This document shows, one piece after another, positions 11,165 to 23,873 of a stretch of 64,000 bases of DNA. A program made the position numbers and the translations under genes. The stretch lies in assembly GCA_043228905.1 (NCBI GenBank), contig JBHGNT010000011.1, positions 9,796,001 to 9,860,000 on the forward strand, written 5' to 3'. The notes under the pieces were generated by a model. The model ran no database searches and had not been told where the DNA came from. It saw nothing but the letters and a program-made list of their open reading frames with translations. Source of the stretch: Azolla caroliniana (lineage: Eukaryota; Plantae; Polypodiophyta). The first letter of the stretch is position 1. The number at the start of each line of letters is the position of its first letter.

Positions 11165-14100
11165 TGTTGAGAATCAAGCTCAACTTGGTCTAGTGTATGA
11201 ACTCACCTTGAGAGTGAAGAGACACTCCAACGGTCAAGAGTCACCATTATGTCACCACTTTGTATTCTAGCATTTAGTATGAGTCATAGAATCATATTCT
11301 ATGACACATAACTTATGAGCTTTCACATTCCCCATGCTCCATGAGCCTTGTAGTTAATGAAGAGAGAGGGTGACTACATAAAGCACCCTCCTCCCACCTT
11401 GTAAAAGGTTGAGTCTTTCTCCTTTGCTAAGATACTTAACCTTGCATATTCTTTGTGTTTTACTTCTAGTCTCTCTCACTCTCTCTCCCTCACACATATT
11501 CACACATAACTCATATCTCTTCCGCTTCACAAGAATCCATCTCTTGCTTCTTTACATGGTATCAGAGCGATTTGGTAGCTCGATCTAGTCCATTCGCCTC
11601 ATTGTGATCGTGTGTTGTGCTCTACACCGACGACCAAGAACCGGCTCATAGCTATCGTAGCGTCGCTACATAGCTCGCATTCGAAGAGAGAAGAAGAAGA
11701 AGAAGAATCGACATAATGAATACTCAAATGGGGAGCGCTCTCCCTACCAAGAAGTTGGATCGAAACAACTTCGCATCTTGGGAGTACAAGATGCACCAAT
11801 ACCTTGTCGGACAAGGCTATTGGAGCTACATCAAAGGAGCGCATGAAGACCGACCCGCCGAAGCGGCTCCCGGATACGTGACATGGGAGCAAGCCACAAG
11901 CCGCGTGATGTATTGTTTGGCGACATGTGTTCACGACCACATGCTCGGTTACATTCGAGAAGCCAAGACACCGAAGGAAGCGTGGGAAAATCTACGAAAG
12001 ATTTTCGCCGCCAACACGACCGCGAGGAAGCTTCAACTCTGCCAAGAGTTGAACAACATTCAACAAAGGGACATGTCCATCACGACATACACCTTGAAGA
12101 TCAAGGAGCTTTGTGACTCGCTCGGCTCAATAAGCGTAAGTATAGATGATGATGAAATGGTGCAAATATGCCTCGGCGGCCTCGCACCACGGTTCGGCGC
12201 GATGCGAACCGCCGTTCTAGCACGGGAGAAATCTCCCTCCTTTTTCGAGCTCCAATCAATGCTATTGGTCAAAGAAAACCACGTACGTACGAGGAGCAAT
12301 GAGTCGGAAGGCCACATGCTCTACACGCACTCTAATGGAGGAAGAGGATGCGGACGAGCAAGAGGCCAATTCGGCCAAGGACACGGCGGACGAGGTTCGA
12401 CCTACGACAACAACTCCCAATTTTGAACGCAAAACGGAGGCCAACGAGGAACCTTCGCAAGAAGGTGGAGCTTCCACTCCGGCCCGAGCCGTCAAAACGT
12501 AATCGAATGCGGATATTGCGGAAAGCTCGGCCACCACGAAGAAGAGTGCCGAAAGAAGATGCGTGAATCGGCTTCACAAGTCGACAACTCACAAATTACA
12601 CACACAATTCCGACTACGAAGAGTATAGCAGAATGTACGGGAACAACTCCGACTACGAAGATCGTGGCGGAATGTATGCACGCAACTCCGACTGTGGCGG
12701 AATGTTCATGATGAAACATAGAGCAAACTCTATGTCAGCCTCTACCTCAACTAGTGCCCTCAATCTGGAGGACGTATGGTTTGTAGACACCGGAGCCTCA
12801 AATCATATGACATCCCATAAAGAATGGTTTCTTGAACTTCGAGAGCCGGAGTGACCCGGTTATGTCGAAACCGGAGATGACACTACGCACCCGATTCGGC
12901 ACATCAGCAATGTCCCATTCGGTGAAAGAGGTAAGCAAACATACATTAAAAATGTCTTGCATCTTCCCACCATCACGAAGAATTTGGTCTCAGTCGGCCA
13001 AATGGTTGAGCAAGGGATGCAAGTACGATTCGATCAAGAAGGGTGCTTCATCAAAAAAGAAGGCCGAATCATCGCATGCGGAAGAAGAGAGGGCCGGATG
13101 TTCATTCTCGATTCGCACGAGATGAAATCCGCCATGTTCGCGAAAAGCTCGAAAGCCGACTCCGACATAGAGCTATGGCATAAGCGAATCAACCACATCA
13201 ATCTCAACAAACTCAAAGCAATGAAATCAAAAGGAGTCGTCATCGGACTCCTGACATTCAAAGAGAAGGAGATTGAAGGTGTATGCGAAGCGTGCCAATT
13301 CGGAAAGCAACATCGACACCCATTTCCGAAGGAGCGGAACGTGAGCAAAGGTGTACTCGACGTAATTCATTCCGATGTATGGAGTCGGGCTCAAACGGCG
13401 ACATTCGGTGGATGCTGATATTACGTGCTCTTCATCGACGTCTTTTCTAGGCACACTTGGATCTACCCGATGCGGCAAAAGAGCGAAGTGTTCATACACT
13501 TCCAAAATTTCAAGAATGAAGTCGAGAAAGCCACGGGCCAACATGTATGATGCCTTCGATCGGATGGCGGCAAGGAGTACTTCTCAGACCATTTCACGGC
13601 GTATCTCCGAAAGGAAGGAATTCGGCAAGAATTCACTTGCCAACACACTCCGCAACAAAACGGAGTAGCCAAGCGCAAAAATCGGCACATCCTCGAAGTA
13701 GCGCGGGCCATGATGAACAAGAAGCATATGCCCAAGTCATATTGGGCCGAAGCGGCAAATACGGCCATCTACCTAATGAACCGGTGCACAACATTCGGCG
13801 TGCACGAGGTCACTCCGCACGAATGATTCTTCAGAAAGAAGCCGAACCTCTCACATGTTCGGATATTCGGCTCTATTGCGTACGTGCACATCCCCGACGA
13901 GAAGCGTCAAAAGCTCGACCCGAAGTCGGAGAAATGTATCCTCGTAGGATACTCACTAGAGCAAAAGGGGTACAAGTGCTACAACCCCTCAACCTGAAAA
14001 TCTCGGGTAAGTCGAGACGTCGTTTTTTACGAGTCCGCATCCTGGTACGCACCAGAGACAACTTCGCCTCCGACTCCGCTCGACCTAGAATCCACTGAAC

Positions 14101-16637
14101 AAGAGATAGAGGATGAAGATCACCTTACATGCATGTTCGAAGAAAGTCTAATCACGACCCGACTGAGCGGACCACAAGAGCCTTTGAGCGATCAAAGCAC
14201 ATCACGACCTAGCCCGAAGATGGACAAAGGCAAGGCGAAAATGGTGGAATATGAAGACGATCGCTTCGACGACGATGAATCAACTCACCCACTCGATAGT
14301 GAGTTCGGCGGCTTCGACGTACCAATCAGAACTAAGAAAGCCCTCATCTCTGCAAATGAAAAGCTCCGCCACTCCACTCGTGAAAAGAATCCGGTTACCC
14401 GATTCGGCTACAATGACTACATGGCATATCACTATGCCTTTATGATGAAGGTAGCAACAGTACGGGAGCCGGAAACTTTTTCGGAAGCCGCAAAGGACCC
14501 ACAATGGATCGAAGCAATGAACGAGGAGATGCAGGCATTACGGAAGAATGAGACGTGGGATCTCGTTCCCACCTCACCACACAAAAAGGGGATCGGATGC
14601 AGATGGATCTACAAGGTGAAGTATAACACCGATGGCTCCGTAAACCGCTACAAAACTCGACTCGTAGCGAAAGGATACGCTCAGACGCATGGCGTCGACT
14701 ACGAAGACACCTTTGCCCCGGTGGCAAAGATGACGACAGTGCGGACCGTCATTGCGATTGCTGCGGCGAAAGGGTGGCACCTCCATCAAATGGACGTCAA
14801 GAACGCCTTTCTACAAGGCGAATTAGAAGAGGATGTGTACATGATCCAACCACCCGGATTCAACTTGAGCACTCATCCAAAAGCTGTTTGCCGACTCAAG
14901 AAGCCACTCTACGGCCTCAAGCAAGCACCGCGTGCTTGGCATTCGAAGATAACGCAATATCTTCATCAAATCGGCTTCCGTATGTCAAAATCGGACAACT
15001 CCCTCTACATACTAAGCGATTCCGCAAGTCCGATCGTCATCATTTTATATGTGGATGACCTAGTCATTGGAGGTGAGCATATCATCGAAATGAATAAGGT
15101 CAAATCCCTCCTTTCCGACAAGTTCGAGATGACGGACATGAAGGAGCTCCACTACTTCCTTGGCATCGAGGTAATTCGGACTCCGGCTGGAATCATGATC
15201 TCTCAACGGCACTACATCCTCAACTTATTATACAAGTTCGGGATGGCTGAGTGCAAATCTATGGCAACCCCGCTCGATCGTAATCTCAAACTAGATGCGA
15301 ACTCCGGCACCAAAGCGTGTGCGCCGACTCAGTATCAGCAACTCATCGGGAGTCTCATCTACCTCACGATCACACGACCCGATCTGAGTTATCCGGTCGG
15401 TCTCCTTAGCCAATTCATGCAAACACCGCATGATACTCACTTGGATTGCGCTAAACGAGTTCTACGATACATGAGCGGCACAATGGATTGCGGCATCCTC
15501 TACAAGACCGCAATGCCAATACGACTCAAGGGGTACACAGACGCTAATTGGGCCGGCTACAAAGCCGATAGAAGATCAACCTCCGGATTTGCTTTCTCCC
15601 TCGGCAGCGGAGCAATATCCTGGAGTAGCAAGAAGCAGCCTATCGTCGCTCTTTCGAGTACGGAGCCAGAATACAGGGGCGCAACTGTAGTTGCGTGTGA
15701 TGCCGTATGGCTAAAGAGGATTTTGAAGGATTTGGGCGTACCCATCAAGGATCCGACTTCCCTTTACTGCGACAACATGAGCAGTACCTATCTGGCTTGG
15801 AACCCGGTGTTCCACGCGCGGACAAAGCACATCGAAGTGCACTATCACTTCATTCGAGAGTGCGTTCTAGCTGGCGATGTCGACCTACAACACATTAGCA
15901 CCAATCTTCAAACGACTGACATCTTCACTAAAGCCTTAGGAGCCGACAAGCTATGGCAATTCATGATCGATCTTAGATTGACGATCCCTGACCTACCAAG
16001 CTTGAGGAGGAGTACTGAAGACACTACGCAATAACACATGGATTCCGCAACCACGCAACAAAGCCGTGAAGAAAGACGCAAGCCGAAGCACAGACTTCGT
16101 AACTACGCACAACGCAAGCTGGAGCACGGATTCTGCAACTCCGCATACATGCGAGTCGACACGAGTGGACGCGGACTCCAGAACGCGATTTGAAGCGGAT
16201 TTCGGATACAGTCTGAAACCGACCCGACTTGAGCTTGAGGGGGCGTGTTGAGAATCAAGCTCAACTTGGTCTAGTGTGTGAACTCACCTTGAGAGTGAAG
16301 AGACACTCCAACGGTCAAGAGTCACCATTATGTCACCACTTTGTATTCTAGCATTTAGTATGAGTCATAGAATCATATTCTATGACACATAACTTATGAG
16401 CTTTCACATTCCCCATGCTCCATGAGCCTTGTAGTTAATGAAGAGAGAGGGTGACTACATAAAGCACCCTCCTCCCACCTTGTAAAAGGTTGAGTCTTTC
16501 TCCTTTGCTAAGATACTTAACCTTGCATATTCTTTGTGTTTTACTTCTTGTCTCTCTCACTCTCTCTCCCTCACACATATACACACATAACTCATATCTC
16601 TTCCGCTTCACAAGAATCCATCTCTTGATTCTTTACA
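11165..16637 (+). mobile_element. Ty1/copia LTR retrotransposon, full length, ORF disrupted
   Basis: 392-bp LTRs 11165-11556 and 16246-16637 (4 differences seen), TSD GTTTG, PBS TGGTATCAGAGC (tRNA-iMet) 11557-11568, PPT GAGGGGGCG. Confidence 0.97.
11716..16034 (+). pseudogene. copia gag-PR-IN-RT-RH polyprotein with several stops (many consistent with CGA>TGA)
   Basis: WFVDTGASNHMT (PR), WHKRINH...CEACQFGK and HSDVW (IN), LYVDDL (RT), YTDANW (RH); the RT-RH segment is open at 14133-16034. Confidence 0.93.
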
Positions 16638-16887
16638 GTTTGTTTTGCTTGTCCATCTGTTTATGGGTGGTAACCGGAGGAGAGGTTACAAGTGACCTTG
16701 AGCATTTTGAAGAGATGCTTTCAGAATTTTGAGAGGAATTGGGGTCCACAGTCGTTGATGATACTATCGGGGAGGCCATGATGGTGACATATCTCATGCA
16801 TGACAGTTTCATCAGTTTCTTCACTAGTGATTTCCTTAGTACAAGGTAGAAAATGTGCCATCTTCGTATATCGATCTACTACTGTTA

Positions 16888-19800
16888 TGTTGGAGAATTG
16901 ACGCTTTCCAAACCTTCAGCTTTCGGCCACAACCGAGGAAACACGAGTCAATGCAGCAGTAAATCGAAAACACAGAGAGAGACTCGAATGCACAGGGTTT
17001 AGCGTGGAAAACCCTAGACCGGAAAAAAACCACGGGAGTGCAAGACTCCAACTATCACTATACGCAGGGAATGTACAATGGCGAGCTGCAAGGCGACGAC
17101 CTTGAGCTCGCTGTCCTCGCCACAGGCGGCGGTATTACACAGAGGTGTCGACCTCTTCCTTTCTCTCTCTCTCACTCTCTCTCTCGGCTGCTCTCACTTC
17201 GCTCCCTCTAAGTGGAAAACAGAAAATGAGCAACAACAACAAAACTGTTTGCCCTAAGTCATATTTATACACATATGACTTTCGGGCTATTTACAAATAT
17301 AGCCTAGAGGGCCCTTGGCAAACATATTCACAAATATGTCCCCGCATCCGGATCTCTCTCCGGGTACATTCGTCATCCGGCTCCATAGCCGGGGTCTTCA
17401 TCATCCGGATCCGAAACCGGGGTCTTCATCATCCGGATCCGAAACCGGGTCTTCATCATTCGGGTCTTCATTCCCGATTCCCGGACATCTGACCATCCCA
17501 TCCGGAGGGACCGTAATCCCAACAAACTCCCCCTTCACTTCGGCATGGGATGTCTTTCCAGTCCGACCCTCTTCCGGCACGCTTCCAGCTTGTCGGGTGT
17601 GAGCACTTTGGTCAGCATATCTGACCCGTTCTCGTCCGTGTGGATCTTCGTCAGCACGAACTCCTGGTCTTCTATCCTTTCCCGGATCCAGTGATATCTT
17701 CGCTGGATGTGCTTCGTCCGGGAGTGATAGGCCGCATTCTTCGCAAGGTGGATGGCACTCTGACTGTCGCAGTAGAGTCGGTACTCCTCCTGCCGGATAC
17801 CGAGCTCTCTAATGAAGTCCTTCATCCATATTATTTCCTTGCCGGCTTCAACAGCCGCCATGTACTCCGCCTCCGTGGTTGACAACGCAACCGTCTTCTG
17901 CAGCCTCGACTGCCACGAAACAGCTCCCCCTGCATATGTCATCACATACCCTGATGTGGACCGGCTGGTATCTGCATCAGCCGACATATCCGAATCGGTA
18001 AAGCCGTCGAGTTCGGGCTTACCGGAGCCGAATCGGAGGCACACGTTTGCCGTGCCCTTCAGGTATCGGAGTATCCACTTGGCCGCGTTCCAGTGCTCTT
18101 TGCCGGGATTGCTCATGTACCGGCTCACCACTCCGACTGCATATCCTATGTCCGGTCTTGTACACACCATTGCGTACATCAAGCTTCCGACGGCAGAGGC
18201 ATATGGTACTTTCATCATGTCCTCCTTCTCAGCCTTTGTCTTGGGGCTTTGCTTGCTGGACAACTTGCAGTTTGCCGGGAGGGTTGACCCGACCGGTCTT
18301 GCTTCCGACATGTTGAACCGGTGAAGCACCTTTGTCACGTACTTCTCCTGTGACAGCCACAACTGCTTGTTCTTCCGGTCCCGGATGATGTGCATCCCTA
18401 GTATTTGCCTCGCCGGACCCAGGTCCTTCATTGAGAAGGTTCGGTGAAGCGCTTTCTTCAGCATCCGTATCTTGACTTGGTCCCGTCCGACGATCAACAT
18501 GTCGTCCACGTACAGGAGGAGTATTAGAAAGTCTCCTCCTTCTAACTTCTTCACAAACACGCAGTGATCGGATTGCGTTTTGTGGTACCCTTCGTCGGTC
18601 ATGAAAGAGTCGAACTTCCGGTACCATTGCCGGGGAGCCTGCTTCAGTCCGTAAAGGCTCTTCTTCAACCGGCATACCAGGTGCTCCTTCCCTTTCTTCT
18701 CGAATCCTTCCGGTTGCTGCATGTAGATCTCTTCTTCGAGGTCACCGTGAAGGAATGCCGTCTTCACGTCCATCTGTTCTACCTCGAGGTCCATGCTTGC
18801 CGCTATGCTCAGCACCGTCCGGATGGAGGTCATCTTCACTACCGGGGCAAATATCTTGTCGAAGTCGACGCCCTTCTTCTGCTGGAACCCCTTCACCACG
18901 ATCCTGGCTTTGTATCTCGGGGGGTTTCCGGCATCTCCCGGTTTCAGCTTGAACACCCACTTGTTTCGAAGTGCCCGCTTTCCTTTCGGCAACTCCACAA
19001 GTTCATATGTGTGGTTCTCATGCAAGGAATCCATCTCCTCCTGCATGGCACTTAACCACCTGCGGCTATGGGTGTCAAGCTTTGCTTCTTCAAAACTCTC
19101 CGGCTCCCCCTCGTCAGTTAGCAGCACGTGCTCTGGTGCCGGAAATCTCCGGGGGGCCCTTCTCTCTCTTAGAGGATATCTCCGTTCCGGAGCTTCGGTA
19201 ACCGGCTCCTCCGTTTCCTCTTCATCCGAATCCATTTCGGGATCGGGGCCGGTTCCGGTATCAGTTTCATCTTCCTCGGCCGGTTCTGTTTCTTCACCGT
19301 CTTCGGCCGGATCCTCGAGTGCTAACCGGTCCCTTGCCGGTCGGGACTGCTCCTCGTAGAGTTGATCCTCACCGGTCGACTTGGAGCTCTTCATCTTCTT
19401 CTCCGACTCCCAGTCGGCGAGTGTCTTGTCCTCCATGAAGATGATATCACGACTCCGGAATATCTTTTTGTCGACCGGGTCCCATACTCGGTAGCCGAAC
19501 TCGTCATCGCCGTAACCGAGGAATATGCATGGCCGGGTCTTTGGATCTAGCTTTCCTCTCCGGTCCTTTGCCACATGCACATATGCGAGACACCCGAACA
19601 CCTTCAGATGCCGGTAGGATACTTCCCTACCGGTCCACACTCTCTGCGGCGTGTCTCCGTCCAAAGGTACTGAGGGTGATCTGTTTATCACGTATGTCGC
19701 CGTCGACATTGCCTCAGCCCAAAACCCCTTGGGTAATTTCGCATGCGCCAGCATACTCCGGACCCTCTCCATTATGGTCCGGTTCATCCTCTCGGCCAGC

Positions 19801-22276
19801 CCGTTCAGTTCCGGCGTCTTCGGCACAGTAAACTCGAGCTGGATTCCCTTCGAGCGACAGTACTCCTTGAACTGCCCCCGATATTCCCCTCCGTTATCCG
19901 CTCGTATCGCTTTCAGCTTCTTGCCGGATTCCCTTTCCACTCTCGCGTGGAGTTCTTTGAAGACGCACAACACTTGGTCCTTTGTCTTCAACGGTGCCGT
20001 CCACAGCTTCCGGCTGTGGTCATCAATGAATGTCACGAAGTACTGGGCTCCGCCATGTGACTTCGTTTCTACTTGACACACGTCAATGTGCACCAACTCC
20101 AATGGTGCGCTACGTCTCGTCGGTGGCCTTGAGTGGAAGGAGGTTCGGTTCTGCTTACCGGCCAAGCAATCGGTGCACTTCTCCAGGTGCACATGCTTCA
20201 CTGGAATAAGGTTGTCTTCTGCAAGCCTCTTCATCCCCTTCTCACTCATGTGGCACAGTCTCTTGTGCCACAGCTCACCGGCAGTGTCGGTTGCCACGTT
20301 CAACTCCTCCGGACACAACCAGGCATTCATAAGGTACAGTGTGTTGACTTTCCGGGCCCGAGCCACTATTAGGCTCCCCTTGCTGAACTTCATTACACAG
20401 TTCCGGATGCTACCTGTGTAGCCTTCATCGTCTAGCCTCCCTGCCGAAATCAGGTTCAATCGAACCTCCGGAACGTGTCGGACATCCTTCAGCAACATTT
20501 TGCATCCGGTCGAGGTTGTCAACCACACGTCTCCTATGCCGGCAATCCGGCACGTACCTTCGTTTCCCATCCGAACACAGCCATGCTCACCGGCTGTGTA
20601 GGATGAGAAGTATCTTCTTTCCGGGGTCAGGTGGAAAGACGCTCCGGAATCGACCACCCAGGTAGTCTCATCGCCGGCAATGTTTAGTTCGCCTTCTTCG
20701 GTGATGAGCATGATCTCCTCTTCACTTGCCGCGAGTGCCGTCGTTCCTTTCCGGTCCTGCCCTCGCCGATCCGAACCATTCCGGTCCGTGGCTCCCCGGC
20801 AAGCACCGTTCCGTTCCGAAGACTTCTTCGAATCGGTGTCGTCGGCTCCGTTGTCTTTTCGGTAATGCCGACAATTCTTTCGGAAGTGCCCCGGCTTCCC
20901 ACAGTGGAAGCATGTGGGCCTTCCTCTTGACTGCGATCGGGTCCCCGACTTCTCCCGTCTTTGCGGACTCCGGTTTCGTTGTCTTCCCCGATCCGATTCG
21001 GTAAGCAGCATCTTCGGATCGGAGGCCGGTTCTTTATCTCTTCGACGCACTTCTTCGTTCAAAATGCTTGTCTTTACCGTTTGTAGGGACAAGTTATCTT
21101 CGGTGCAGGAGGTGCTGAGAGTCACCACCAAGTTCTCCCAGCTTTCCGGCAATGTACACATCAGAATGATGGCTTGCATTGCATCCTCCAACGGGAACTT
21201 GATCGCCGCAAGCTGGTTCACGAATCCCATGAACGTGCTTACGTGTTCCACCATATTCTCGCCGTCCCGGTACTTGAGGTTCACTATCTTCCTCATCAGG
21301 GAGGTCCGGTTCAACGCATTCTTCCTCTCGTAGAGGCCCGACAGCTTCTGCCACATCTCATATGCGTTGGTGTCATTCGCCACATGTTGTAGAACGCTCA
21401 CGTCGACGTATTGCCGAATGGTTGCAACGGCTTTCCGGTTCAGAAGCCTCCATTCCGTCTCAAGTACCCCCTTGGGTATTTCCGACCTGTCGATCGGTTC
21501 ATACAGGTCTCGAACAATGAGCAGATCCTCCATCTTTATCTTCCAGTCGGCGTAGTTCTGCGCATTCAGCACCATCATCACCGGCTGCCCGCTGCTGCCG
21601 CCTTCCATTTTCTGCACTGCAGTCGCTCTGATACCAGTTTGTTGGAGAATTGACGCTTTCCAAACCTTCAGCTTTCGGCCACAACCGAGGAAACACGAGT
21701 CAATGCAACAGTAAATCGAAAACACAGAGAGAGACTCGAATGCACAGGGTTTAGCGTGGAAAACCCTAGACGGGAAAAAAACCACGGGAGTGCAAGACTC
21801 CAACTATCACTATACGCAGGGAATGTACAATGGCGAGCTGCAAGGCGACGACCTTGAGCTCGTTGTCCTCGCCACAGGCGGCGGTATTACACAGAGGCGT
21901 CGACCTCTTCCTTTCTCTCTCTCTCACTCTCTCTCTCGGCTGCTCTCACTTCGCTCCCTCTAAGTGGAAAACAGAAAATGAGCAACAACAACAAAACTGT
22001 TTGCCCTAAGTCATATTTATACACATATGACTTTCGGGCTATTTACAAATATAGCCTAGAGGGCCCTTGGCAAACATATTCACAAATATGTCCCCGCATC
22101 CGGATCTCTCTCCGGGTACATTCGTCATCCGGCTCCGTAGCCGGGGTCTTCATCATCCGAATCCGAAACCGGGGTCTTCATCATCCGGATCCGAAACCGG
22201 GTCTTCATCATTCGGGTCTTCATTCCCGATTCCCGGACATCTGACCATCCCATCCGGAGGGACCGTAATCCCAACA
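16888..22276 (-). mobile_element. Ty1/copia LTR retrotransposon (Tnt1/Tork-like), intact
   Basis: 637-bp LTRs 16888-17524 and 21640-22276 (about 6 differences seen), TSD TGTTA, PBS iMet 21625-21636, PPT AGGGGGAGTT next to 17525. Confidence 0.97.
17535..21608 (-). CDS. Intact copia polyprotein (Gag, Zn knuckle, PR, IN, RT, RNase H), 1357 aa
   Basis: Uninterrupted frame from ATG (MEGGSSGQ) after the PBS; CFHCGKPGHFRKNC, WVVDSGAS, HIDVC/ADNGGE/AERMN (DDE), LYVDDML, FTDSD/TEAEY/YCDSQ. Confidence 0.95.
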   Translation of the reverse strand: MEGGSSGQPVMMVLNAQNYADWKIKMEDLLIVRDLYEPIDRSEIPKGVLETEWRLLNRKAVATIRQYVDVSVLQHVANDTNAYEMWQKLSGLYERKNALNRTSLMRKIVNLKYRDGENMVEHVSTFMGFVNQLAAIKFPLEDAMQAIILMCTLPESWENLVVTLSTSCTEDNLSLQTVKTSILNEEVRRRDKEPASDPKMLLTESDRGRQRNRSPQRREKSGTRSQSRGRPTCFHCGKPGHFRKNCRHYRKDNGADDTDSKKSSERNGACRGATDRNGSDRRGQDRKGTTALAASEEEIMLITEEGELNIAGDETTWVVDSGASFHLTPERRYFSSYTAGEHGCVRMGNEGTCRIAGIGDVWLTTSTGCKMLLKDVRHVPEVRLNLISAGRLDDEGYTGSIRNCVMKFSKGSLIVARARKVNTLYLMNAWLCPEELNVATDTAGELWHKRLCHMSEKGMKRLAEDNLIPVKHVHLEKCTDCLAGKQNRTSFHSRPPTRRSAPLELVHIDVCQVETKSHGGAQYFVTFIDDHSRKLWTAPLKTKDQVLCVFKELHARVERESGKKLKAIRADNGGEYRGQFKEYCRSKGIQLEFTVPKTPELNGLAERMNRTIMERVRSMLAHAKLPKGFWAEAMSTATYVINRSPSVPLDGDTPQRVWTGREVSYRHLKVFGCLAYVHVAKDRRGKLDPKTRPCIFLGYGDDEFGYRVWDPVDKKIFRSRDIIFMEDKTLADWESEKKMKSSKSTGEDQLYEEQSRPARDRLALEDPAEDGEETEPAEEDETDTGTGPDPEMDSDEEETEEPVTEAPERRYPLRERRAPRRFPAPEHVLLTDEGEPESFEEAKLDTHSRRWLSAMQEEMDSLHENHTYELVELPKGKRALRNKWVFKLKPGDAGNPPRYKARIVVKGFQQKKGVDFDKIFAPVVKMTSIRTVLSIAASMDLEVEQMDVKTAFLHGDLEEEIYMQQPEGFEKKGKEHLVCRLKKSLYGLKQAPRQWYRKFDSFMTDEGYHKTQSDHCVFVKKLEGGDFLILLLYVDDMLIVGRDQVKIRMLKKALHRTFSMKDLGPARQILGMHIIRDRKNKQLWLSQEKYVTKVLHRFNMSEARPVGSTLPANCKLSSKQSPKTKAEKEDMMKVPYASAVGSLMYAMVCTRPDIGYAVGVVSRYMSNPGKEHWNAAKWILRYLKGTANVCLRFGSGKPELDGFTDSDMSADADTSRSTSGYVMTYAGGAVSWQSRLQKTVALSTTEAEYMAAVEAGKEIIWMKDFIRELGIRQEEYRLYCDSQSAIHLAKNAAYHSRTKHIQRRYHWIRERIEDQEFVLTKIHTDENGSDMLTKVLTPDKLEACRKRVGLERHPMPK

Positions 22277-22868
22277 TGTTAAGATCACATCGAATCCCTT
22301 TGAAACTGGAATATCTGTGATGAAATCTAGAGAAATAGATTGCCACGGCTTGCTTGGAATTGGTAATGGTTTCAATAAACCATATGGATGATGTCTTGGC
22401 ATCTTTGCTCTACAACATGTATCACATGTCCGAACATAATCTTCGACAAATCGTCGCATATGAGGCCACCAGAATGATCGGTGTACTAAATCCAACATTT
22501 TAGTACTACCAAAATGCCCCGATGTATATGTGTCATGACAATTTTGGACTACTCAAAGGCGACAAGAACCATTAGGAACATACAAGAGTTTCTAAAAGAA
22601 TAGTAATCCATCGTGACTTTCGAATTGTCAATAGTTCGTACTTGGTTGTTGCGACTATGAACAAGATGCCCAAGAGGGATCAATTTGTGCTAGAATGGCT
22701 TGAGTGAAAGTGTTTGTCTTCAAGTCTTCACGTATGGTATCAATAATGTGGGAATCCAATGGCGTATCAAAAACCCACATTGCTTGCAGTCGTGCCGGTC
22801 CTAGGATTACTTGCTTTTGATTATCGAATGTTGGCTCACCGAGACGCAGTGCTAGATACGAGCGCCGT

Positions 22869-23873
22869 TGTCGTGGTGTGGCGTGTGCACTATGAGAAAA
22901 AGCGAGGTTCCATGCACATCTCATGAAATAATGTAGATAAAAATAAAATAATAATAAGTAACTTTGTAGTAGCTTAGTGGTTAAGGCTTATAAGTATATG
23001 TAGAAAGGTGTAGAGTTCAAGTCTCTCTTTCTACAAACCATTATTTTTCCCTTCCATTTTTGTGAAAAAGAAAGAAAAAAAAAACATGTAATGTTAAAAT
23101 AAGCTCCTCTTTCCTCTATAAGAGAGGAACGATAGGGCTTATTTGAGGGTCGCCCATTTTGCCTTAGGGGTGTACCACTAGGGTTTCATCATCTTCTTCT
23201 TGGGTTAGGGTTTCGTGACCTCCCTTTCTCCTTCTTCTTTTTCTTGTAGGGTTAGGGTTTTAGAGCTTCTTCTTTCTACTTTTCTATCTTTATCCTCAAT
23301 ATATTAGAGAACCCAAGGTTTAGGGTTTTATGTTCCTTATGAGCGTGTAGGGTTATCTTTCTTATGAGTTTTAGGGTTGTGAATTTGCATCCACTTGTGA
23401 GCTAGGGTTTGGGTTTGGGTTCCTTATACAACGACTTCTTCAACATCTCCATGGTGGTCAACTCGGTGGCCGGTTGCAGAAGGGACGTTGTAGTGGCACG
23501 AGAGCTACTCCGAATCGAGGCAACATAGCCGTCGGAAGTAGTCGAGCTCGGAGCCCACTAGACTCACCTTCATCAGATTATTTTCAGCCCGTTGTGTGTT
23601 GATTAGCCATTTTTGAATAATGATGAAACTATTTCTATGTAAAAGAATCACCTAAATCGTGGTATCTAACCTAACCGTTGTACAAACCCTAATTTTTGCA
23701 ACATAACTCTTGTATATTTTTGTCTACATTTCTCCCTAACCTCGTGCGTATTCTCCTTGAACATTTGCTAATTGTGATGGTGAATCCCCCACTATCCTCA
23801 CTTCTTTTGTCTCCCCGGTCCAAGGCCCCGACAGTCCCGTTCGAGCGACACACGCACGCGAAACTCCGCGACA
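22869..23873 (+). mobile_element. Solo LTR of the 4-bp-TSD gypsy group
   Basis: TGTCGTGG...CGCGACA, TSD CCGT/TCGT, host pol frame GKADVLSRRSYL rejoins; shares a GGT(T/C)GCCCATTTTGC block and the U5 motif with LTR 17-794; A/B box at 22970-23026. Confidence 0.9.

Noticed and set aside
21609-21803. N-terminal 65 aa of the 1422-aa ORF
   Set aside because: It starts at a non-ATG codon inside the LTR and crosses the PBS; the plausible start is the ATG at 21608.
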